IMG/VR virus record: IMGVR_UViG_3300020042_006808
Length of the DNA stretch: 64,000 bases
Reading direction: 5' to 3' (one strand)
Source: an uncultured virus (IMG/VR IMGVR_UViG_3300020042_006808)
Taxonomy: Duplodnaviria; Heunggongvirae; Uroviricota; Caudoviricetes; Crassvirales
The position numbers and the translations under genes were made by a program. The notes below the pieces were generated by a model, which was not told the origin of the DNA, did not search any database, and was given only the letters and a program-made list of their open reading frames with translations. This document shows positions 55,920 through 64,000 of the stretch, piece after piece; within the stretch, counting starts at the first letter, position 1; each line of letters starts with the position of its first letter.

Positions 55920-57383
55920 ATGACTCAAGTTGTGGCAAGAATACCTGCATATAGTAACGATTCAATGTTGCACTATTGTGAAACTCTTCTGTCAATACTT
56001 TCTCAGAGCTACGACACTAAGGTTGGCAGAGGCAAGAAGGCAGATGTGATTAAGGAATTCAAGCATAAGCAAGACCAAGATGTCATTGATAGGTTAATCA
56101 ATAGCATAGAACACTATGAAAAATTAAATCAAATGGAAAATAAAGAAGGAGTAACCTTCAGGGACTATCAGACAGACATAATCGAGACTGGCTCCAAGAT
56201 ATTGATGGAGCATGGGTTCCTGTACCTTGCCATGGAGGTGCGTACAGGAAAGACCCTGACGAGTCTAGGTATTTGTGATAGGATACACGCAGAACGTGTG
56301 CTATTCATTACCAAGAAGAAAGCAATCAGCACAATTGAGGCAGACTATAAGCTACTCAGTCCATCATTTACAATTACAGTAATCAATTACGAGAGTCTAC
56401 ACTTGGTGATGGACAACGAGAAGTGGGACCTTATTGTCTGCGATGAAGCACACAGCATGGGTGCTTTCCCAAAGCCCAGCAACAGAGCAGACTTGGTAGC
56501 TGATTTAATTCTAGCTAATAATCCAAAAGTAATATTGATGTCAGGAACACCAACACCTGAGAGCTACTCACAGATGTATCATCAGGTGTGGGCTATACGA
56601 AACAGTCCGTTCTTTGAGTACGCAAATTTCTACAGATTTTGCGACAAGTATGTGAACGTAAAGCAGAGGATGATTAATGGGAGACTGATGAATGACTACA
56701 GCCATGGACTAGAGGCCATCATCGAGGAGATGAAACCATATACAATTAAGTACACGCAATCAGAAGCTGGATTTAAGTCTAAAGTAAAAGAAGAAATCCT
56801 TTATGTTACTATGAAAGACTCAACCTACAGCATGATTAAGAGACTCAAGCGAGACCTAGTAATCGAGGGCAAGGAGGAGACCATACTTGCAGACACTCCT
56901 GTGAAGTTGATGATGAAGGTGCATCAGTTATGCAGTGGAACAGTTAAGTTTGAGAGTGGCAACAGCATGGTGATTGATACCACCAAGGCAGAGTTTATTA
57001 AACAAAAATTTCAAGGAAGTAAGATAGGAATATTCTATAAATTTAAGGAAGAGTACAACGCCTTGAAGCAAGTCTTTGGAGATGAGTTGACTAACGAGCT
57101 AAGTGTCTTTGATGACACCAAAAAAAACATAGCTCTGCAGATTGTATCTGGAAGAGAGGGTATATCTTTACGAGACGCTGCCTTCTTAGTCTACTACAAC
57201 ATTGACTTCAGTGCTACGAGTTATTGGCAGAGCAAGGACAGGATGACAACCAAGGACAGGCTAGAGAATCAAGTCTACTGGGTGTTCTCAGAAGAAGGTA
57301 TTGAACAGGACATATACAAAGCAGTATCAAACAAGAAGGACTACACGCTTAATCACTTTAAAAAGAACTTATTTGACTTATGA
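55920..57383 (+). CDS. SF2 (SNF2-like) helicase
   Basis: FRDYQ, EVRTGKT, INYESL, CDEAH, MSGTP, SGREGISL. Confidence 0.85.
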   Translation: MTQVVARIPAYSNDSMLHYCETLLSILSQSYDTKVGRGKKADVIKEFKHKQDQDVIDRLINSIEHYEKLNQMENKEGVTFRDYQTDIIETGSKILMEHGFLYLAMEVRTGKTLTSLGICDRIHAERVLFITKKKAISTIEADYKLLSPSFTITVINYESLHLVMDNEKWDLIVCDEAHSMGAFPKPSNRADLVADLILANNPKVILMSGTPTPESYSQMYHQVWAIRNSPFFEYANFYRFCDKYVNVKQRMINGRLMNDYSHGLEAIIEEMKPYTIKYTQSEAGFKSKVKEEILYVTMKDSTYSMIKRLKRDLVIEGKEETILADTPVKLMMKVHQLCSGTVKFESGNSMVIDTTKAEFIKQKFQGSKIGIFYKFKEEYNALKQVFGDELTNELSVFDDTKKNIALQIVSGREGISLRDAAFLVYYNIDFSATSYWQSKDRMTTKDRLENQVYWVFSEEGIEQDIYKAVSNKKDYTLNHFKKNLFDL

Positions 57384-58279
57384 AACAGACAGCAGTAGAT
57401 TGGGCATTTAACCAACTTGATAAACAGGTTTATAAAGTTGACTATGAAACGAGAAGGATTAGTATCTCAATATCATTTGAAGATATGATGACAATTAAAC
57501 GAGAAGCTAAAGAGATGGAGAAGGAGCAGATGCTTAATTTTTATATGTGGATGAGGATGAATGAAAAAGCAGAAGAATATTTAGATTATACAGATGATGA
57601 TATGTTTGAAGAATATTTAAAACAAGAAAAAGATGCCTGATATTACAATGTGCCCGGGGACAGATTGTCCCCAGAAAGAAAAATGCTATAGGTTTACAGC
57701 AAAACCTGATGAGTATTGGCAATCATACTTCATAGACTCACCAATCAAGGATGGTAAGTGTGAGATGTATTGGGGAGAAAACGCTGAAAGTGTTTGGAAT
57801 CAACTAAAAGATATAATGAAAGATGAAAGCGAAACTAACATTTGATTTACCAGAGGAGAGCCACGAGTGGAAGAACGCCATCGATGGTTCGTCAATGCGC
57901 TCAACCCTATGGGAGTACGACCAATGGCTACGCAGCAAGATAAAGTATGAGGACCTGAACGATGAGCAGTATCAGGTGTACCAAGGGTGTCGAGACAAAA
58001 TGAGAACATTACTGATTGAGAACAACATAGATATAGACAGCTAACATGGAATTTTACCTAAGAGAACAAGCCAAAAGACTATTCTATAGCAGGGATATTC
58101 CTGTTAATTCAATAGGAGTATTCCAATCTCACGTTGGTGAGTGGTTGTATTGGTCATGCGATGAGCACGTGTATGACACAGGTTTTGCCGACACAGAGGC
58201 AGAAGCCTTACAAAAAGCTAAGGCACGCATCACATTAATTGATACAATAAAAAATAATGAAATACTCAGGGAGCTTTAA
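57380..58279 (+). CDS. Four small hypothetical ORFs (57380-57640, 57633-57845, 57823-58044, 58046-58279)
   Basis: Overlapping or coupled ORFs; 57633-57845 has the Cys motif MPDITMCPGTDCPQKEKCYRF. Confidence 0.6.
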
Positions 58280-58619
58280 GCACGACCTAAAGTTCGGGGA
58301 ACTAGCAGAAGATTGGGCTCAGAAATTATTCACAGGAGAATTTAAAGTTGAAGTAAAGCTGGACTCAATGGCTCATACTACAGGGAATGTCTTCATCGAG
58401 TACTCTTCTAGAGGTAAACCATCAGGGATAGCAGTAACAGATGCCGATTACTACTTGTACATAATAGCCGAGTTCAACCACGCTATCATATTAAACGTAG
58501 AGAATCTAAAGGAAAGGCTCAGGTATTACCACAAGCACAAGATGTACATAAGAAAAGGAGGGGACGATGATACCTCAGTTGGCTTCTTAGTCCCTATACA
58601 AGAACTGTTAACGGTATGA
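58257..58619 (+). CDS. PD-(D/E)xK-like nuclease
   Basis: FKHDLKFGELAE...KVEVKLD...TGNVFIEY...GKPSGI. Confidence 0.6.
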   Translation: MKYSGSFKHDLKFGELAEDWAQKLFTGEFKVEVKLDSMAHTTGNVFIEYSSRGKPSGIAVTDADYYLYIIAEFNHAIILNVENLKERLRYYHKHKMYIRKGGDDDTSVGFLVPIQELLTV

Positions 58620-58876
58620 CCGAGCAACAGATACAATCAAAGCTAATCAAAGAACTAGAGGGTAAGGGATACTATGTTATCAAGTTGATTAGCACCAACA
58701 AGAACGGAATACCAGACCTAATCGCTATACCAAGAGACTCAGGTGTTGAGTTCTACGAAGTGAAAAGACCCAATGGTAAGGTGTCAAAGCTACAGGAGTA
58801 CAGATTAAAAGAGCTACGTGCTCACGGAATTAAAGTTGAAATATATAAAGGAATCGAATCAAATGATATTACATAA
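58616..58876 (+). CDS. VRR-NUC nuclease (Holliday junction resolvase-like)
   Basis: MTEQQIQ...GIPDL...FYEVKRPNGKVSKLQ. Confidence 0.85.
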   Translation: MTEQQIQSKLIKELEGKGYYVIKLISTNKNGIPDLIAIPRDSGVEFYEVKRPNGKVSKLQEYRLKELRAHGIKVEIYKGIESNDIT

Positions 58877-59384
58877 GCACACCAAGATGGAGACTCTGTC
58901 TCAGATAGTAAACAGAGAATTTGAAGCAAACATATTTAATTATTCAAAAAAACAAAACAACGTAAACGCAAGGAAAGTGTTTTGTAAAATACTAAGTGAC
59001 ATTGGATTCTCATGGGAAGATATCTGTGGCTTTATGAAAAAAAGTTATGGGGTTTATATGTACTACATGAGGGACGTGGAAAACCTTTTGAAGCACAACC
59101 CTAAAGTGAAAGAAAAATACATTGAGTGTAAAGATTTATTCTTCTTAACAATAAAAGAAGTTGTACAGGAACTATATGAGTATGTTCCTAGCAGAAGTTC
59201 AAAGATGGACTACTCTGTTTGGGACAGAAATAGTTTAGAGAAAGTTGAAGACAAGTACGACAGAGTAAGAAAGATTATCGAACTTGTTGACATCAACACT
59301 CCATTAGGTGAAGAGAATTTAGTATTTAAAAAACTAGTCCACGTGTTTGAAACTATGTCAGACAATGGAAATAAAACGAGATAG
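58863..59384 (+). CDS. Second DnaA domain IV-like HTH protein (start uncertain)
   Basis: NVNARKVFCKILSDIGFSWEDICGFMKK. Confidence 0.45.
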   Translation: MILHKHTKMETLSQIVNREFEANIFNYSKKQNNVNARKVFCKILSDIGFSWEDICGFMKKSYGVYMYYMRDVENLLKHNPKVKEKYIECKDLFFLTIKEVVQELYEYVPSRSSKMDYSVWDRNSLEKVEDKYDRVRKIIELVDINTPLGEENLVFKKLVHVFETMSDNGNKTR

Positions 59385-59559
59385 AGAAAATGCTAGGGCA
59401 AATAGAATTGCCTCACGGGTTGGGTTAAACCACTGCCTGTTGGCTAGTATTTATGAGAATGTAGTAGACAGGGACTTCAAGAAAGCGGAGGTAGAGCTGA
59501 AAGAACTTATCTACGATTTAAGACTAATGTTAAAATCAATTGAGGAAGATGATTTTTGA
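59365..59559 (+). CDS. Small hypothetical protein
   Basis: Coupled ORF starting MEIKRDRE. Confidence 0.5.
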   Translation: MEIKRDRENARANRIASRVGLNHCLLASIYENVVDRDFKKAEVELKELIYDLRLMLKSIEEDDF

Positions 59560-59947
59560 AACGGACACAGATATTTTAAGGGAAAAGAAAGCAATTGATT
59601 TGTTCGTAAGTATTTTTGGAGGGTCATATAAAAAGCTGGACCCTCAGGACGTTGACTACAAGTTGTCCGATAATAGAGGACAACTGATTGCATACGTTGA
59701 AGTGGTCGCAAGGATTAGGAGCATGAAGACATCATACCCTCTGCCAATAACTTTGAGCAAGCTAAACAAGCTCATAGAGAAGCGACTCAATCCTGTGATT
59801 GTGTGGGCCTGTGACGATGGCATCATCTACGCTGAAGCAACCAAGCTAGAGGGAGCAATAAAGTGGGGAGTTGCTCCTCCCCTTAATGATGAGATGATGG
59901 TCTACTACGATAAGCAGAAGACTATGAAGTACGTGAGGTACGTTTAA
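59549..59947 (+). CDS. Restriction-endonuclease-fold-like protein
   Basis: FETDTDILREKKAI...VDY...AYVEV; last gene of the + arm. Confidence 0.5.
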   Translation: MIFETDTDILREKKAIDLFVSIFGGSYKKLDPQDVDYKLSDNRGQLIAYVEVVARIRSMKTSYPLPITLSKLNKLIEKRLNPVIVWACDDGIIYAEATKLEGAIKWGVAPPLNDEMMVYYDKQKTMKYVRYV

Positions 59948-62900
59948 TTTTTCTTTTTATATCCGTACTCCTTGTCTTCTCTCTGTCTAGTTATTCTAGT
60001 AAGTTTTTTTCTAACAGCATCTTCTGCCTTATACTTTTCATCCCATTCAGAGCCACGTCCAAATCTCTTTATGTAAAGACTTTTGTTATATCTCTCCATC
60101 TCAGTTTCATTGTCATATCTTACTTCATTATCTGAGTCGTACAACAATATTTTTTTCTGCTCTTCTTTTCTTTTATTATAATTAGTTACCGAATCTTTCT
60201 GTTCGTCAGTGCCATTTATTTGAATTATTTTTCTTCTGATAACTTTCAACTGTTCCTCATCAATTGTTATATCTTTAACTGCTCGAAGGTCTTCTAGATT
60301 TTCTCTTTTTTCCATTAAAGAAGCAGGAGATTCAGCAGCTTCAGTAGCTTTAGTTTTGACTTTTGCATTTTTTAAGTCTGCATAGATTGATTTGTTTACA
60401 GCCCTCCTGATGTCTTTATATAAAGGAATAAATGATAAGTTACCTAGAATCTCTAAAGGTATTCTCTGTGTTACTACTCTTTTCTCCCGCTCTATAGCAT
60501 CGGCTTCTTTCTTGGTAGTACCTCCTGATAGTACAGCTTGTATTGAGCCTGACAATAAGTTTTCACCTACAAGTTTTCCTGTTTGAAGAGCAGGTCCAAA
60601 AGAACCTCCTAGTCTAAATAAGAAGTCATCTAAGGTTGACTTATCTTCTTTACTTCTTGGAATGATTGAGTACGCTATTGCGTCTTCATATTGGTCATAC
60701 TCTCCCTCTCTAAGGAATTCAAGGTACTCTTCATTAAAGTATTCAAGACCCAAGTTAGTAACCATTTTTACTGTGTTACCAAAGTCTCTGCCAAAGAACA
60801 AGGACCCAACTGTACCTGTGATTGCCTGACCTACACTTTGAAGGAATGATTTTTCCTCCTCTTCTTCCTCATCCTCTATTCCAAACAATGGAGCAGCCAA
60901 TCCTATTATGCCATCTGCAAGTGCCCTGCTTAGCATACTATACACAGTCATACGTGTTGCAACTGCTGCCAACAACATAGCTCCTTTAGTCCTACTCATA
61001 GGTCCATCTCCAACCATAGCGTGAATTCCAGTCCTAGCACTCATGAATTCAAATATCAAGAACCTAGTCATGTAATTATTAAAGTTGTTATAAGCCTTAG
61101 TCATTGGAGTTTGATTTGGCCTAGAAACACCTTTAAGAATACCCATGAATGAGTTGTCTGTAGCTCCTGCCTGAACAGATGTTTGGTCTGCCGTTGCTCT
61201 TGCTTTATCAATGGCATCTTTGTTTTCTTTTAAATACGCCTCGTTGTTCTCTCCGATTAATTTGAAGTCAACATCTTTACCTGATGCTTTTTTAAATTCA
61301 TTTGCAAATGAGCCAAACCAAAGGGCTCTCATTACAACTTTATCAGGAGTTGAAATCATGTTGTCTGCTAAAACCTCAACTGCATTGGTATATTTTTTGC
61401 CACCAAGATTCCATAGCTGTTGAATCCTATTAACGATAGGACTCTTAACTCTTGAACCACCCCCAACTCTTTGTCTCATGGCGCTAGTGTCCATGAAGTT
61501 GCCTGATAGACTATCCTCTGGGAATATTCTATTTGTCTGCGTACTAGAAATGTTCTCCAATACCAATGGCCCCAGTGGGGACATAATAATGTTAGCGTAC
61601 GTAGTCCCCTTGAAGAATGACTGTGGCTCAGCAAGTATAGCAAACGATATGTTCGATGTTAATTCAGCAGCAAATCTTCCTGTGCCAGCAAGAACAGAAC
61701 GGTAACCCATTCTACTTATGTAGTTTACAAATTCATCTGTTGCCGTATTATCCATGATATTATTGATAAGCAGATTATCTACAGCCTCATTGTATGCTTT
61801 TCTAAGAGCATTTGTTACCTGTCTTTGAAGCTTGGTTACATTTTTTCTTTCATCTAAAGTTTTTTCAAGTTGATTTAATGCTATCCTTGCAGTCTTTATG
61901 GGTCCTGTAAGATTGTAGTCCAACAATACATACTTGGCACCACGACTTGCTGATGAGAATATATCGAAGTTTATTGGCTTAGCCCCCTTAGTTCTTTTTT
62001 CTAATGACTTAGCTTTAGTTGATGGATTCATATTTGCATTTGCAGCATTTGTAATGTCTGTTGCAGATTGAATGTCTGCATTTTTATCATCCCCTAAGAC
62101 AATAAGGTGTAAATAGTTGTCTAACCCATCAAATACTTGACCTCTAATAATGTTGGAAGTAAATTCTGCTTTACTTCTAAGGCTTTCATTTATCTTTCTA
62201 ATATCATTAATGGCATCCTTCTCAGCTTGATTGAAAGAATCATATAGCTTCTCAATACTTATCTGACCATCTCTTTGAAACATAGCACGTATATATTTCA
62301 AATTCTCCAATTCTATTTTACCATATATCTTGGCCTTTTCTTTTTTGATGTGCTCTATAGTTTTATCTAAGTACTCAATAGCAGGATTAACTTGCTCATT
62401 GCTTTGATTTGACTCATATTCAAGTTGTCTCATATAAGTCATCATCTTCATCTTAGATAAAGATATGGACTCTTGGTTAAAAGAAAATGACTGAGCAAGC
62501 TTTTGTTCTGCTTTATTTAATATTGAATTAATTCTTTTTAGTTCTGCTTTGTACTTGGCTTCTGCCTGAGCTGTCTTTAGAAGTAATGCATTAAAAACAT
62601 CCTTGCCTTTAAAGTTTCCTAGCGCTTGGTCAATATTAAAAAGAGGAATTCTCTTTATTGCTTCAAGCAATGCGCCTTCGTTGGTAAACAAATTTTTAAT
62701 TTTTCCAATTGCGTTAGATATTATTGGCGGAGTGGCCTTAGAAGAAGAATCATCAAGAACTGCCTCGTCCCTTATGCCATCTATCTTTAGAGATACTTGA
62801 TAAGCATAACTAGGAAGATAGTTGTTATTAATATTATTGATAACCTTCAATAGATTTCTTAAATCATTTAGGCCCAGCTTCATTAAGTTCTCTGCAGAAA

Positions 62901-64000
62901 CATTTTTAAGAAGCTCAGCAAATTTTTGAGCAAACTGTCTTTCTTCTACAGATGGAAGCTCATTAATACCTTTTATCTCAGCAGCTTTAATGCCTTTGAT
63001 TGCTTCTTCTTTCTTCTCCTTTATTTCTTCCTCAGATAGCTTTTGTTTTTCATCCTGAGGGACAATCTCTTTCTTATACTTTCGCATAAGGTCAGCATCT
63101 TCCTCAGTTATTTCTCCCTCCTTAACCATCTTTTTTATGGTAGCAGCATAATCTAACTCACCTTCAACAAAAACTTTATTGTCTGAATTTTCTAAGATAT
63201 CAGCTAATTCATAAGCCTTTGATTGCTCTTCATCTACTGCTCGAAGGATAGCTTCAGTATCACTTTTGACCACATCATATTGCTCTAGCTTTAGCACCTG
63301 CTGATTAGCACCAAGCATCTCAACTAGCTCAGCATACCTTTCTAGGTATGAATCAGGTATTAGCGATGGATTAATTGACAGCAACTTATTTAAAGACCCA
63401 CGCAACGTAGTAGCAATACCAATCTTAGATGCTATATTTTTCTTAGCCTTAGTTATCTTTCCCTTTAATCCATCAATTGTATCACGATATTCAGCGTCTG
63501 CAAATACCTTGGCCATGTAGTCAATAAAGTCTTTTACTGACTGCTCATTGAACGCATTTAGTTTAGCCAATCTAGTTGTAACACTAGTCACTTGTCTCGC
63601 TGTAAGCTTTCCTGATGCGTCTAATGCTTTAATCTCTTTTGCTAGGTCAGATGTTATTTTTCTCCACGCTTTTATCGCATCCTTTGCTCCTTCGGCTAAG
63701 TCTTTTATTCTTTTGTTCAGTACCTCCTTTTCAGTCATGGTTATCTTAGTGATATCATTAATGATACCAATAAGTCTACCTGCTCTTGGGGCTGACTTCT
63801 CTTTAACACCGCCCATCTTACGAACTTCACGTACTAACTTTTCCTTTTGTACGTCAGTAGCATCTATATATGTTTTTGAGTTCTTTAGCTTGCTTATGAC
63901 CTCAGCCAGTGGCATTCCTTTTACAATTAGATTCTCTAGTTTTTTCATTAAAGAATCATAACCACTAATAGTTTCTTCAGATAATGTTATTCTTCCTGCG
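59944..64000 (-). CDS. C-terminal part (more than 1350 aa) of the giant internal virion protein; open at the window end
   Basis: The frame is open from 63999 (AGRITLSEETISGYDSLM...); large helical protein; converges on the early arm. Confidence 0.7.
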   Translation of the reverse strand, partial: AGRITLSEETISGYDSLMKKLENLIVKGMPLAEVISKLKNSKTYIDATDVQKEKLVREVRKMGGVKEKSAPRAGRLIGIINDITKITMTEKEVLNKRIKDLAEGAKDAIKAWRKITSDLAKEIKALDASGKLTARQVTSVTTRLAKLNAFNEQSVKDFIDYMAKVFADAEYRDTIDGLKGKITKAKKNIASKIGIATTLRGSLNKLLSINPSLIPDSYLERYAELVEMLGANQQVLKLEQYDVVKSDTEAILRAVDEEQSKAYELADILENSDNKVFVEGELDYAATIKKMVKEGEITEEDADLMRKYKKEIVPQDEKQKLSEEEIKEKKEEAIKGIKAAEIKGINELPSVEERQFAQKFAELLKNVSAENLMKLGLNDLRNLLKVINNINNNYLPSYAYQVSLKIDGIRDEAVLDDSSSKATPPIISNAIGKIKNLFTNEGALLEAIKRIPLFNIDQALGNFKGKDVFNALLLKTAQAEAKYKAELKRINSILNKAEQKLAQSFSFNQESISLSKMKMMTYMRQLEYESNQSNEQVNPAIEYLDKTIEHIKKEKAKIYGKIELENLKYIRAMFQRDGQISIEKLYDSFNQAEKDAINDIRKINESLRSKAEFTSNIIRGQVFDGLDNYLHLIVLGDDKNADIQSATDITNAANANMNPSTKAKSLEKRTKGAKPINFDIFSSASRGAKYVLLDYNLTGPIKTARIALNQLEKTLDERKNVTKLQRQVTNALRKAYNEAVDNLLINNIMDNTATDEFVNYISRMGYRSVLAGTGRFAAELTSNISFAILAEPQSFFKGTTYANIIMSPLGPLVLENISSTQTNRIFPEDSLSGNFMDTSAMRQRVGGGSRVKSPIVNRIQQLWNLGGKKYTNAVEVLADNMISTPDKVVMRALWFGSFANEFKKASGKDVDFKLIGENNEAYLKENKDAIDKARATADQTSVQAGATDNSFMGILKGVSRPNQTPMTKAYNNFNNYMTRFLIFEFMSARTGIHAMVGDGPMSRTKGAMLLAAVATRMTVYSMLSRALADGIIGLAAPLFGIEDEEEEEEKSFLQSVGQAITGTVGSLFFGRDFGNTVKMVTNLGLEYFNEEYLEFLREGEYDQYEDAIAYSIIPRSKEDKSTLDDFLFRLGGSFGPALQTGKLVGENLLSGSIQAVLSGGTTKKEADAIEREKRVVTQRIPLEILGNLSFIPLYKDIRRAVNKSIYADLKNAKVKTKATEAAESPASLMEKRENLEDLRAVKDITIDEEQLKVIRRKIIQINGTDEQKDSVTNYNKRKEEQKKILLYDSDNEVRYDNETEMERYNKSLYIKRFGRGSEWDEKYKAEDAVRKKLTRITRQREDKEYGYKKKN

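Noticed and set aside
559..63961. Numerous short antisense ORFs in the track (e.g. 7218..7457, 25387..25767, 39068..39652, 53315..53764, 63548..63961)
   Set aside because: They are shadows of long genes on the opposite strand, with no independent leaders or motifs.

Overview
The window holds most of the genome of a tailed dsDNA phage, probably a podovirus of Bacteroidota (Flavobacteria-like hosts). The host call rests on repeated TAnnTTTG -7 promoter boxes and A-rich translation leaders without Shine-Dalgarno sequences. Gene content resembles the GroEL-encoding Cellulophaga phi38:1-like and environmental group (recalled, not searched). The minus-strand late arm (about 44.6 kb down to 3 kb) carries GroEL/GroES, a cluster of tiny Lys-rich genes, holin and a u-spanin-like gene, a 2287-aa tail fibre, an amidase, a terminase with a LAGLIDADG intein, portal, scaffold, major capsid, tail and internal virion proteins, and the start of a giant ejection-type protein whose probable C-terminal part reappears at 59.9-64 kb. 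The plus-strand early/replication arm (45.3-59.9 kb) carries many tiny ORFs, Sak/RecE-like recombination genes, ParB-like and SSB-like genes, a primase-helicase, an SF2 helicase and small nucleases, with no recognisable DNA polymerase or integrase. The most notable unannotated signals are: (1) three hammerhead ribozymes at gene junctions of the early operon; (2) a 121-nt tRNA-like RNA whose anticodon region is replaced by a long hairpin; (3) two copies of an iteron/IHF-site origin-like element; (4) an array of unrelated palindromes near the strand switch; (5) an inverted junction at about 3055 joining two divergent alleles of the giant gene, probably a chimera. All calls come from reading the sequence; no searches or folding programs were run.
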